This document shows, in pieces, positions 47,779-57,431 of a stretch of 64,000 bases of DNA. How positions within the stretch are numbered: the stretch's first letter is position 1; every line of letters begins with the position of its first letter. Source of the stretch: Deltaproteobacteria bacterium (lineage in GTDB: Bacteria; SAR324; NAC60-12). The notes beneath the pieces are model-generated. The model was not told where the DNA came from, made no database searches, and was given only the letters and a program-made list of their open reading frames with translations. The stretch is from the NCBI GenBank assembly GCA_038150265.1, contig JAYOTF010000005.1:59595-123594 (forward strand). The letters are read 5' to 3'. Made by a program: the position numbers and the translations under genes.

Positions 47779-49119
47779 TTAGCGGGGCATCATGTTCTGC
47801 ATCATCCGCATCGCCTTGCCGGGATCGGACGTACGGGAAAGCTTGGACATCATCTTGCGCATCTGCGCAAACTGCTTGAGCAGGCGGTTGATCTCACTCA
47901 CCTGCACCCCGCTTCCCTTGGCAATGCGCGCCCGTCGGGAGCCGTTGATGATGTTCGGGTGCTGACGCTCCTTCATGGTCATGGAGGAGATGATGGCCTC
48001 AATCCGGACCAGTTGCTTGTCGTCGACATTCGCATTCTTCAGAGCGCCGGCGTTCATGCCGGGGAGCATGCCCAGGAGGTCCTTGATCGACCCCATCTTC
48101 CGCATCGTCCGCAGCTGATCCCGGAAGTCGTCTAGCGAAAACTCATTCTTCTTGAGCTTCTGCTGAACCTGCAGCGCCGATTTTTCGTCATAGGCCGTCC
48201 CGACTTTCTCAATCAGCGAAAGCATGTCGCCCATGCCAAGGATGCGGGAGGCAATCCGTCCGGGGTGGAAGGGCTCCAGCGCATCCAGCTTCTCACCCGT
48301 GGTGATGTACTTGATGGGCTTTTGCGTGATCGCCCGGATGGACAGCGCGGCCCCGCCTCGGGCGTCTCCGTCCATCTTGGTCAGCACAATGCCCGAGACA
48401 TTGAGCCGCTCGTCAAACCCGCGGGCCACGTTCACGGCTTCCTGACCGGTCATCGCGTCAGCGACAAAGAGGATCTCCTGAGGCTTCACGGCGGCTTTGA
48501 CCCGCTCCAGCTCGGCCATCAGGGCTTCGTCGATCTGCAGGCGTCCGGCGGTGTCAATGAGGACCACGTTCGCGCCCTGCGCCTGCGCCTCCGCAAGGCC
48601 GGACCGGACAATGTCCACCGGGTCCATATCGGTCCGCGAAGCAAAGACCGGCACCTGAAGCGTCCGGGCCAGCACATGCAGCTGCTCAATGGCCGCAGGC
48701 CGGTAGATGTCAGCCGGGATCAGGTACGGCTTGCGTCCCTGAGACTGCGCCAGCTTGGCCAGCTTCCCCGTGGTGGTGGTCTTTCCGGAGCCCTGCAGGC
48801 CCACCATCATCGTCAGGAGGAGGTCGTGCTCCTTGAAGTCGAGCCCCACGCCTTCGCCGCCCATCATGTCCGTCAGTTCTTCGTTGACGATCTTGATGAA
48901 CTGCTGTCCGGGGCTGAGGCTGCCTTGCACCTCTTCGCCAATGGCCCGGGACTGAACGGAGCGCAGAAACGCCTTCACCACCCGGAAGTTGACGTCGGCT
49001 TCCAGCAGCGCCATTTTGACTTCATTGAGGGTGCCCTTGATGTTGTCTTCCGTCAACCGACCCTGCCCCCGAACCTTGCGGAGTGAGCCTGTTAATTTGG
49101 TGGAAAGTGTTTCAAACAT
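47779..49119 (-). CDS. ffh: Signal recognition particle protein
   Basis: ALLEADV, GLQGSGKTT, DTAGR, TKMDGDARGG, RILGMGD, Met-rich C-terminal domain. Confidence 0.98.
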   Translation of the reverse strand: MFETLSTKLTGSLRKVRGQGRLTEDNIKGTLNEVKMALLEADVNFRVVKAFLRSVQSRAIGEEVQGSLSPGQQFIKIVNEELTDMMGGEGVGLDFKEHDLLLTMMVGLQGSGKTTTTGKLAKLAQSQGRKPYLIPADIYRPAAIEQLHVLARTLQVPVFASRTDMDPVDIVRSGLAEAQAQGANVVLIDTAGRLQIDEALMAELERVKAAVKPQEILFVADAMTGQEAVNVARGFDERLNVSGIVLTKMDGDARGGAALSIRAITQKPIKYITTGEKLDALEPFHPGRIASRILGMGDMLSLIEKVGTAYDEKSALQVQQKLKKNEFSLDDFRDQLRTMRKMGSIKDLLGMLPGMNAGALKNANVDDKQLVRIEAIISSMTMKERQHPNIINGSRRARIAKGSGVQVSEINRLLKQFAQMRKMMSKLSRTSDPGKAMRMMQNMMPR

Positions 49120-49189
49120 CGTCTTTAGCGTCCCCTAGTGGAGTCAAACTGACTATTAACTAGGATTTGAGGCGATCTGTCAAGGTTTT

Positions 49190-51937
49190 TCAGGAAACGC
49201 TCAGGGGAGGAGCCGTTGCCTGGAGGCGGACGGCACAAAACTTAAACTCCGGGATCTTTCCAAAGGGGTCGAGCGCATCGGTGGTCAGGAGGTTGGCGGC
49301 CGCTTCATGGTAGGAAAACGCCATGTACACGCTCCCGCGTGGGACCCCCGCATCCGGACGGACCTGCGCCGTCAATTCCCCTCGGCGAGACTGCACCCGG
49401 AGCTGCGCGTCGTCATCCGGATTCAGCTGAGCCCAGTCTTCAGGGTGGATGCTGATCACGGGAACCGGCTCCACCGCGTCCAGCACCCGCGCCCGGCGGG
49501 TCATGCTTCCGGTGTGCCAGTGCTCCAGCTGCCGTCCGGTGACAAAGACAAAGGGGTAGGTGGCATCCGGAAGCTCATGTGCGGGCGTGAAGGTCGCCGG
49601 AACAAACTGGGCGCGCTGCGAAGGTCGGGGAAAGTGCTCCTGGAAGAGGATCGGAGCCCCCGGGTCGCCTTCCTGTTCGCAGGGGTAGGTGACGCTGTGT
49701 TCGCGCTCCAGGCGTTCCCAGGTGATGCCGGCCATGCTGGGGGTGGCCTGCCGGACTTCCGCAAAGATTGCCTCGGGTCCGGAATAGTTCCACGGCAGCC
49801 CCAGGCGCTGGGCCAGTTGCTGGAGGATCCACCAGTCCTGGCGCGCCTCTCCGGGCGGATCCAGGGCCTGACGCCCAAGCTGAACCTGCCGGTTGGTGTT
49901 GGTGAAGGTTCCGGTTTTTTCCGGAAACGCCGAGGCCGGAAGCAGGACATCGGCAAAACCGGCGGTCTCGGTGGGAAAGATGTCCTGCACCACCAGGTGC
50001 TGCAGCCGGGCCAGGGCCTCACGGGTGTGGTTCAGGTTCGGGTCCGACATGGCCGGATTCTCCCCCATGATGTAAATGCCCTGAATCGTCCCCTGGTGCA
50101 CCGCCTCGGTGATCTCCACCACCGTCAATCCCGGGTTCGGATCCAGCGGGGTGTTCCAGAGGGCTTCAAAGAACGCCCGGGCTTCTGGAGCATCCACGCG
50201 CTGGTAGTCCGGAAACACCATCGGGATGAGGCCCATGTCGGAGGCTCCCTGCACGTTGTTTTGGCCGCGCAGGGGGTGGAGCCCGGTTCCGGGACGTCCG
50301 ATCTGGCCCGTCATCAGCGCCAGCGCAATCAGGCAGCGGGCGTTGTCGGTGCCATGCGTGTGCTGCGAGACCCCCATGCCCCAGAAGATGATGGAGCGCT
50401 CAGCGGTGGCGTAGCAGCGTGCCACCTCCCGGAGCGTCTCCGCAGGGATGCCACAGATCGGCGCCATGCGTTCCGGAGCATACGCCTCCAGGTTGGCGCG
50501 GAAGGCCTCAAAGTTTTCGGTACGCTCGGCGATGAAGGCTTCATCGCACCAGCCCTCGGACACAATGACATGCATCAGGGCATTGAACAGCGCCACATCC
50601 GTTCCGGGATGAAAGTGCAGGCCATGGGTGGCATGCCGGGCCAGCTCGGTTCGACGCGGGTCAATCATCACCAGCGTCTTCCCGGCCTTGGCGGCATTCT
50701 TGAAGAAGGTCGCCGCAACTGGGTGGTTCGCCGTGGTGTTGGAGCCCACCACCACAATGACCTCAGCGTCTTCTGCGTCGGTGAACGGATTGGAAACGGC
50801 GCCGGAGCCGATTCCTTCCAACAGGGCGGCCACCGAAGAGGCATGACACAACCGGGTGCAGTGATCCACGTTGTTGCTGCCAAATCCGGTCCGGATCAGC
50901 TTCTGGACGAGGTAGGCCTCCTCGTTGCTGCCCTTGGCACACCCGAAGCCGGCCAGGGCCTGAGGTCCATTTTGTGCCCGAATCGTCCGGAAGCCTGCCG
51001 CTGCTCGGTCAAGGGCTTCTTCCCACGAAGCCTCCCGGAAGACCTTCGGGAAGTCTTCAGGAGCCAGCAGGTCCGGAGTCTTCGGGACGCCGTCGCGCCG
51101 GATGAGGGGCCGGGTCAGGCGATCCGGGTGGTGAACGTAGTCGAAGCCGTACCGTCCCTTGACACACAGGCGCCCCTGGTTGGCGGGTCCGGGACGTCCG
51201 GACACCTGCAGGATGCGGTTGTTCGTGACCTGGTACTCGAGCTGGCAGCCCACGCCGCAGTAGGGGCACACGGAAGGAACCCGCTTCTCCGGAACCTCCA
51301 GCCCCACCTGCTGGGCAGGCATCAGGGCGCCGGTGGGGCAGGCCTGCACGCACTCGCCACAGGCCACGCACGAGCTGCTCCCCAGCGGGTCACCGAGGTC
51401 AAAGACGATGGACGCCTGAGCGCCCCGGAAGGCAAAACCGATGACGTCGTTGACCTGCTCCTCACGGCAGGCCCGGACGCAGCGTCCGCATTGAATGCAG
51501 GCGTCCAGCTGCACCGCAATCGCCGGGTGCGAGGCATCCGCCTGCGGCTGGTCACGTTCCGGAAAGCGGGAAGTCGCGACCTCCAGGCGTTCACACCAGG
51601 TGTCCAGCTCCGAGTGCCGGGTGTAGGGCGAAGGCCCCTGCTGGGGCATGTCCGCCAGCAGCAACTCGAGGACCAGTTTCTGCGAATGCCGGGCGCGCTC
51701 GTTTTGGCTCCAGACCTTCATGCCGGGGGTGGGGGTGCGCAGGCACGAAGGCGCTAACGCGCGCTCGCCTTCGATTTCCACAACACAGGCCCGGCAGTTT
51801 CCATCCGGACGGTACCCCGGGTGGTAGCAGAGGAAGGGGATCTCGACCTGAACCCGCTGGGCCACCTGCAGGATCGTCTCGCCCGGATGTGCTTCCACGG
51901 GCAGGCCATTCAGCTCAAAGGCAATGGGCTCATTCAT
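49190..51937 (-). CDS. fdhA: Formate dehydrogenase alpha subunit (Mo/W-bis-PGD, Cys ligand)
   Basis: N-terminal Fe-S motifs, CPYCGVGC, TRLCHASS, RGQNNVQG, HWHTGSMTRR. Confidence 0.93.
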   Translation of the reverse strand: MNEPIAFELNGLPVEAHPGETILQVAQRVQVEIPFLCYHPGYRPDGNCRACVVEIEGERALAPSCLRTPTPGMKVWSQNERARHSQKLVLELLLADMPQQGPSPYTRHSELDTWCERLEVATSRFPERDQPQADASHPAIAVQLDACIQCGRCVRACREEQVNDVIGFAFRGAQASIVFDLGDPLGSSSCVACGECVQACPTGALMPAQQVGLEVPEKRVPSVCPYCGVGCQLEYQVTNNRILQVSGRPGPANQGRLCVKGRYGFDYVHHPDRLTRPLIRRDGVPKTPDLLAPEDFPKVFREASWEEALDRAAAGFRTIRAQNGPQALAGFGCAKGSNEEAYLVQKLIRTGFGSNNVDHCTRLCHASSVAALLEGIGSGAVSNPFTDAEDAEVIVVVGSNTTANHPVAATFFKNAAKAGKTLVMIDPRRTELARHATHGLHFHPGTDVALFNALMHVIVSEGWCDEAFIAERTENFEAFRANLEAYAPERMAPICGIPAETLREVARCYATAERSIIFWGMGVSQHTHGTDNARCLIALALMTGQIGRPGTGLHPLRGQNNVQGASDMGLIPMVFPDYQRVDAPEARAFFEALWNTPLDPNPGLTVVEITEAVHQGTIQGIYIMGENPAMSDPNLNHTREALARLQHLVVQDIFPTETAGFADVLLPASAFPEKTGTFTNTNRQVQLGRQALDPPGEARQDWWILQQLAQRLGLPWNYSGPEAIFAEVRQATPSMAGITWERLEREHSVTYPCEQEGDPGAPILFQEHFPRPSQRAQFVPATFTPAHELPDATYPFVFVTGRQLEHWHTGSMTRRARVLDAVEPVPVISIHPEDWAQLNPDDDAQLRVQSRRGELTAQVRPDAGVPRGSVYMAFSYHEAAANLLTTDALDPFGKIPEFKFCAVRLQATAPPLSVS

Positions 51938-53616
51938 GACTGGACTTCCTCGGGAAAGTACTTCAGCACGCACCGGATGGGGTTCGGAGCCGCCTGACCG
52001 AGCCCGCAGATGGAGGCGTCTTCCATCACCTGTGCCAACTCTTCGAGCAGCGGGCGGTCCCAGGTGGGAGCCTGCATCAGCGCAACGGCCTTGCTGGTGC
52101 CCACGCGGCAGGGCGTGCACTGGCCACAGGATTCGTGGTGAAAGAACCGGAGGGCGTTGAGCGCCAGGTCGCGGGCCCGGTCCTGCCGGGAAAAGACCAC
52201 CACGGCCGCTGAGCCAATGAAGCAGCCGTGCGCCTGCAGGGTCCCGAAGTCGAGCGGCACCTGAGCCAGGGACGCGGGGAGGAGGCCTCCCGACGCGCCT
52301 CCGGGGAAGTAGCCATAGAGCTCGTGTCCGGGCGCCATGCCGCCGCCGTATTCATCGAGCAATTCCTGGAGGGTGATGCCTGCAGGCGCGAGGTAGACAC
52401 CGGGGCGAGCGACCCGCCCACTGAGCGAGAAGGCCCGCAGGCCCTGACGTCCGTGCCGACCCGCCTGTGGGAACGCCGAGCCGTCTGGCGCGAGCAACGG
52501 GGGCACCCAGTGCAGGGTCTCGAGGTTGTGCTCCAGCGTGGGACGTCCAAACAGCCCCACTTCCGCAACGTAGGGGGGACGCTGTCGTGGCAGGCCCCGT
52601 TTGCCTTCGAGCGACTCAATCAGCGCCGACTCCTCGCCACAGACGTAAGCCCCTGCGCCTCGGCGGAGGTGGAGCTTCGGGAGCGGTCCTGGCGGGTGGG
52701 CCTCCAGCGCACGAAGCTCGCGTTGCAGCAGCGTGTGGCACGCCGCGTATTCGTCCCGGAGGTACAGGTAGGCGGCATCGATGCCCACCGCCCAGCAGGC
52801 GATCAGGACGCCTTCCAGAAATTGATGCGGCTGCGTCTCCAGGCAGTAGCGGTCCTTGAAGGTGCCGGGCTCGCCTTCGTCAATGTTGACGGCCAGCAGC
52901 CGAGGGCCAGGTTGGTCCCGGACGATGCGCCACTTGCGTCCCGTTGGAAACCCGGCCCCGCCGAGTCCCCGCAGGCCGGAAGCCTCCAGCGCCTCCAGGA
53001 CCGATTCCACGCTGCGGGCGCCGGAAAGGCAGTCTCGGTACACCTGGTACCCTCCGGAGGCCTGGTACTGCTCCAGCGTTGGCGCCTCCGGAAGCACCGG
53101 AGTCACCTGACCGGACTGCACCACGGCAGCGACTCCTTCCGGAGTGGCCTGCTCCACAGGGTTCTTGCCCACGACGGCCACCGGAGCCCTGGCGCAGCGT
53201 CCCACGCACGGAACCCGCTGGATCCGGACGTTGGGGCCCAGGCGGGCTTCGAGGCTGGAGGCCAGGGCCTCGGCCCCGAACAGCGAGCAGGTCAGGGAGT
53301 CGCACACCCGAACCGTCAGGGGCGCCGGAGCAGGCTCGCCTTCCTTGACGACGTCAAAGTGGTGGTAGAAGGTGGCGACCTCATAGACCTCCGCTGGTGC
53401 GAGCCGGAACTCTTCAGCAAGCGCGACCAGGTGCGGCGCCGAGAGGTACCCCTGGGCATCCTGCAGGAGGTGAAGGGCTTCCAGAAGCTGATCCCGCTCT
53501 CGAGGAAGCGCCCCAAGCCACTCCTGGACCTGAGCCTGGGCCTGGGGGTCGACGACGCGACCCCGCCGGCGCTTCCGGCGTTTGCGAGGCGGTTCAGAGG
53601 AAACAGGCTGCTGCAT
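51934..53616 (-). CDS. fdhB: Formate dehydrogenase beta subunit (NuoE-NuoF fused diaphorase)
   Basis: VATFY, CDSLTC, GLGGAGFPTG, DEGEPGTFKD, CGEES, ESCGQCTPCR, SICGLG. Confidence 0.92.
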   Translation of the reverse strand: MQQPVSSEPPRKRRKRRRGRVVDPQAQAQVQEWLGALPRERDQLLEALHLLQDAQGYLSAPHLVALAEEFRLAPAEVYEVATFYHHFDVVKEGEPAPAPLTVRVCDSLTCSLFGAEALASSLEARLGPNVRIQRVPCVGRCARAPVAVVGKNPVEQATPEGVAAVVQSGQVTPVLPEAPTLEQYQASGGYQVYRDCLSGARSVESVLEALEASGLRGLGGAGFPTGRKWRIVRDQPGPRLLAVNIDEGEPGTFKDRYCLETQPHQFLEGVLIACWAVGIDAAYLYLRDEYAACHTLLQRELRALEAHPPGPLPKLHLRRGAGAYVCGEESALIESLEGKRGLPRQRPPYVAEVGLFGRPTLEHNLETLHWVPPLLAPDGSAFPQAGRHGRQGLRAFSLSGRVARPGVYLAPAGITLQELLDEYGGGMAPGHELYGYFPGGASGGLLPASLAQVPLDFGTLQAHGCFIGSAAVVVFSRQDRARDLALNALRFFHHESCGQCTPCRVGTSKAVALMQAPTWDRPLLEELAQVMEDASICGLGQAAPNPIRCVLKYFPEEVQS

Positions 53617-53629
53617 GGGACAGGTCGGG

Positions 53630-54433
53630 TCAGGGGCCGCTTTTTCGGGCCAGGGTGCCTCGAGCCGGGTCGTATCCCCAGATCGCAAGCGTCATGAAGA
53701 GGGCTCCGGAGGCCAGCACATAGAGCAAGGACTCCAGGTTGAGTTGCCCATAGAGCGCAAAGCGAATCAGCTCCACGGCATGGGTGAACGGATTGTAGGC
53801 CGCGATGTCTCGAAGAACAAGGCTGGATTCCTCCAAACGCCACAGCGGGTAGAGGGCCGAGGACGCAAAGAACATGGGGAAGATGACGAAGTTCATCACG
53901 CCAGCGAAGTTTTCCAGCTGCTTGATCATCGACGAAATGAACAGCCCGAGCGCTCCAAGCATCAGGCCGCTGAGGAGCAGAGCCGGAATGAGGAAGAGGT
54001 AGCCCGCCCAGGGGGCTTCCACCTCCCAGAACCACGCGATGAGGAGGTACACGAAGGCCTGGAGGATGGAGATCAGCGACCCTGCGCAGAGCTTGCTGGT
54101 CAGCAAAAACCAGCGGGGGAGGGGGCTGATCAGGAGCGTTTTCATGCTCCCCATCTCCCGGTCGTACACCATGGAAAGCGAGGTCTGCATGCCGTTGAAG
54201 AGGAGGATCATCCCAAGCAACCCGGGGGTGATGTACACCTCATACAGCACATACGTCTCATAAGGGGGGAGGATGGAGATGCCCAGGGTGGACCGGAAGC
54301 CGGCGGCAAAGATGAAGAGCCAGACCAGCGGGCGGACGAGGGCGGCAAAGAACCGACCCTGTTGCTGCAGGAAGCGCAGGGCCTCCCGTCCCATGATGCC
54401 CTGAAAGCAGCGGACGTACTGAATCAGACTCAT
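53630..54433 (-). CDS. ABC-2 permease of the PQQ-ADH-associated family (PedC-like)
   Basis: GRFFAALVRPLVWL, PPYETY..YEVYITPGL, MVYDREMGSM, QLENFAGVMNFVIFP. Confidence 0.82.
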   Translation of the reverse strand: MSLIQYVRCFQGIMGREALRFLQQQGRFFAALVRPLVWLFIFAAGFRSTLGISILPPYETYVLYEVYITPGLLGMILLFNGMQTSLSMVYDREMGSMKTLLISPLPRWFLLTSKLCAGSLISILQAFVYLLIAWFWEVEAPWAGYLFLIPALLLSGLMLGALGLFISSMIKQLENFAGVMNFVIFPMFFASSALYPLWRLEESSLVLRDIAAYNPFTHAVELIRFALYGQLNLESLLYVLASGALFMTLAIWGYDPARGTLARKSGP

Positions 54434-55182
54434 GAGGGGCTCCGTTGAGGCGTCATTCCGGTCAGCTGCTGAAAGGCGTCCCGGATGGTGTCGGTTTGGG
54501 TGGTGGCGAGCACCTCGGGCACGGGCCCAAAGGCGTGGCGCTGGCCCTGATGCAGCACGAGCACCTGGTCGTCATCGGCCACCTCGTCAATCAGGTGGGT
54601 CGCCCAGAGCAGGGTCAGCTGCTCGTCTCGGCAGAGGGTCCGGGCGTGGTCGAGGATCGCCTGACGGCTGGCCAGGTCCAGGCCGACGGTGGGCTCATCA
54701 AGCAGCAGCAGCCTGGGGCGGTGCAGGAGGGACCGGGCGATCTCCACGCGCCGGAGCTGTCCGCCACTGAGCTTGCGGACCTTGTCGTGGCGTCGGTCGG
54801 CCAGGCCGATCCGTTCCAGCTCCTGCGAGATGCGCTCCTGGGCCTCTGAGCGCTTCATGCCGTGCAGAGCGGTGAAGTACAGCAGGTTCTGCTGGATCGT
54901 CAGGTCCATGTCCAGGGTCCGTTGCTGAAACACGACGCCAAGGCGCTTGAGGGCTTCTGCCGAGGCGCGGCGGACGTCGTGCCCAAAGATCCGGACCTGT
55001 CCGGACTGGGTGTTGTAGAGGTGCGTGATCAGAGAAAACAGGGTGGTCTTGCCCGCTCCGTTTTGTCCGAGCAAGACGGCGAAGCGTCCGGGCTCCAGCG
55101 CAAAGGAAACGGAGTCGAGGGCCACACGGGTGCCGTAGCGAAACGACAGGGCGTCAACTTCCAGGGCAGGGGATTCAGGCAT
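54430..55182 (-). CDS. ABC ATP-binding protein of the PQQ-ADH-associated family (PedB-like)
   Basis: GQNGAGKTTLFSLIT, VVFQQRTLD, RRVEIAR, DEPTVGLD, LWATHL. Confidence 0.82.
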   Translation of the reverse strand: MPESPALEVDALSFRYGTRVALDSVSFALEPGRFAVLLGQNGAGKTTLFSLITHLYNTQSGQVRIFGHDVRRASAEALKRLGVVFQQRTLDMDLTIQQNLLYFTALHGMKRSEAQERISQELERIGLADRRHDKVRKLSGGQLRRVEIARSLLHRPRLLLLDEPTVGLDLASRQAILDHARTLCRDEQLTLLWATHLIDEVADDDQVLVLHQGQRHAFGPVPEVLATTQTDTIRDAFQQLTGMTPQRSPS

Positions 55183-55355
55183 CAGATGGTTGGGTTCCGG
55201 GAGTCGTGGATTACAATTTGATAAGTCCCTCTGCTTTCACCTTTCAGCAGAGGTGTGAAGATGTCAAGAATCCTGGTGAAAGACAAGGGCTCCTGTGGGA
55301 CTGCGGCAATTCGGCCTCAGCGCTGCGCCTGCCCTTTCTCAATGGAGTCGATTGG

Positions 55356-56174
55356 ATGGAAGTCATGGAGTTTTCAGCATTCTGGAGTGCGTGGTGGCCG
55401 GCGCTTCCGGTGGTGGTGGCCGCGGTCACGCTGCTTTGGTTGGCGAGCCTGCCCATCCGGAACGTGAGCATCATCGACAGCTTCTGGGGCATGGGCTTTG
55501 TCCTGGCCGCCGTGGTGTACTGGGCGACCACGTCCGGAGACGCCCCGCGGCGCTTCCTCATCCTGGCGCTGGTGACGATCTGGGGGCTCCGGCTTTCGCT
55601 GTACATCTACTGGCGCAACGCTGGCCACGGGGAGGACTTCCGGTATGCGAAATTCCGGGAGGACTTTGGTCCCGGATACTGGTGGTACAGCTTCTTCTCG
55701 GTGTTCCTGCTCCAGGGGGTGCTGGTGTGGCTGATTTCGCCGCCGATCCTCGGGGCGATGCTCACCGCCAGTGTTCCGGAGACGGCGGCACTGGGGGGCT
55801 GGGACTACCTGGGGGTGGCCGTGTGGCTGGTTGGGTTTGCCTTTGAAGCCGGAGGCGACTATCAGATGGCGCGCTTCAAGGCCAATCCGGCCAACAGGGG
55901 GAAGGTCTGCGCCGTTGGATTCTGGCGGTACACGCGGCACCCCAACTACTTTGGCGACTCGGCAATGTGGGTGGGGTACAGCCTGATCTGCTTTGGCGGC
56001 GGACTGTTCTGGCCCGCCTATGGAGCCGTGGTGATGATTGCCCTCATCATCCGCGTGTCCGGAGTCTTTCTGCTGGAGCAAACGCTGGTGGACACGAAGC
56101 CTCAGTACCGGGATTATGTGGCCACCACCTCCGCCTTCCTGCCCTGGTTTCCGAAAAAATCCACGGGCTCCTGA
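55356..56174 (+). CDS. DUF1295 / steroid 5-alpha-reductase-like membrane protein
   Basis: SIIDSFWG, WGLRL, EDFRY, RHPNYFG, TSAFLPW. Confidence 0.88.
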   Translation: MEVMEFSAFWSAWWPALPVVVAAVTLLWLASLPIRNVSIIDSFWGMGFVLAAVVYWATTSGDAPRRFLILALVTIWGLRLSLYIYWRNAGHGEDFRYAKFREDFGPGYWWYSFFSVFLLQGVLVWLISPPILGAMLTASVPETAALGGWDYLGVAVWLVGFAFEAGGDYQMARFKANPANRGKVCAVGFWRYTRHPNYFGDSAMWVGYSLICFGGGLFWPAYGAVVMIALIIRVSGVFLLEQTLVDTKPQYRDYVATTSAFLPWFPKKSTGS

Positions 56175-56373
56175 GCCGGCCAGCACGGGGGAAGCGCCCA
56201 CCGGGCTCCTGCTGGAGGAGGAGCCCTCCGGGTGCCCGGTTCGCGCACCCGGGCAAACCTGAGGCGGGACGAGGCCGGGTCAAATTTCTGGGGAATGCCT
56301 TGAGTTTATGGAGATCCTTGCGAAACTGATCTGTTTTGGTGATGAATGATCCCCCTGAAATTGACTCGCTCTC

Positions 56374-57333
56374 ATGATTGAATACGACCCCTCCAACCGC
56401 TTTCAGGTCATCTTTTCCATCCACGGGACGGTGATGCCCTCGGTGCTCGCCTATGTGGCCACGCTGTCCGTTTGGACCATCAGCCTGATGCTCATTTATG
56501 ATCACTTCGGCACCTTCGGTTTTGAGATTGGACCGCAGGCTCACGCGACCGTTGGGGTGGCGCTGGGCTTGATGCTGGTGTTCCGGACCAACACGTCCTA
56601 CGACCGCTTCTGGGAGGGACGCAAGCAGCTCGGGAGCCTGGGCATTGCCGCCCGGAATCTGGCGATCAAGGCCAACGCCGTCATCCCCGGAAGTGAAGCG
56701 GGCATCCGGGCTGACATTGCCGCGCTGCTCAATACCTTCGTGATGGATGTCAAGGACCACCTTCGTGAGGAGGAAGACCCACAGAAGGCGCCTCTGACAG
56801 GTGAGCTGCAGCAGCTGGTGGCTCAGCACCGCAACCCCATCAACGGGGTCCTCTGTACCCTCAGCGACAAGCTGCACGACTGCATTGCCCGGAAGTGGAT
56901 GCACCCACCGGAAATGGGAAGCTTCAACGCGTCCCTTGACGAGCTGCAGGGGGTGTTGCGGGCGCTGGACCGGATTCGCTTCACGCCGATGCCGTTTGCC
57001 TACGTCAATCAGCTCAAGGTGTTCATGCTGATCTACTTCCTGACGCTGCCGTTTGTGCTGATTCCGTCCTTTGGTTGGGGAACCGTGTTTGCGATGATCT
57101 TTACGATGTACGCGATGGTCGGCATTGAGGAAATTGGCATTGAGATCGAGGATCCGTTTGGCGACGATCCCAACGACCTGCCGATTGTGAAGATCTGCAA
57201 CGGCATCAAGCAGGACGTGGACGATTGCCTGCTCCGGGCCAAGCAGGGCGCTTGGGAGGCCGGAGAGTCGGCCTCCACCGTCTTGGTGAAGCCTCAGCCC
57301 CTCAAGCCCGGACTCGCTGGCGACTGCCCCTGA
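56374..57333 (+). CDS. Bacterial bestrophin family channel
   Basis: LVFRTNTSYDRFWEGR, TPMPFAY, IEDPFGDDPNDLP. Confidence 0.92.
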   Translation: MIEYDPSNRFQVIFSIHGTVMPSVLAYVATLSVWTISLMLIYDHFGTFGFEIGPQAHATVGVALGLMLVFRTNTSYDRFWEGRKQLGSLGIAARNLAIKANAVIPGSEAGIRADIAALLNTFVMDVKDHLREEEDPQKAPLTGELQQLVAQHRNPINGVLCTLSDKLHDCIARKWMHPPEMGSFNASLDELQGVLRALDRIRFTPMPFAYVNQLKVFMLIYFLTLPFVLIPSFGWGTVFAMIFTMYAMVGIEEIGIEIEDPFGDDPNDLPIVKICNGIKQDVDDCLLRAKQGAWEAGESASTVLVKPQPLKPGLAGDCP

Positions 57334-57431
57334 CCCTCAGGCCAAGACGAGCGCGTTGGCTCCCCTTCCTGCGAACGCGCGGCCTGCCCGTTTCCCCCTT
57401 CCTTCCGTTTTCAAAAACTTCAAAGACGCCC

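Noticed and set aside
50830..50870. Selenocysteine in FDH
   Set aside because: Active site reads LCH with a Cys codon; no in-frame TGA.
49307..51757. 816-aa plus-strand ORF
   Set aside because: Antisense shadow of the FDH alpha subunit.
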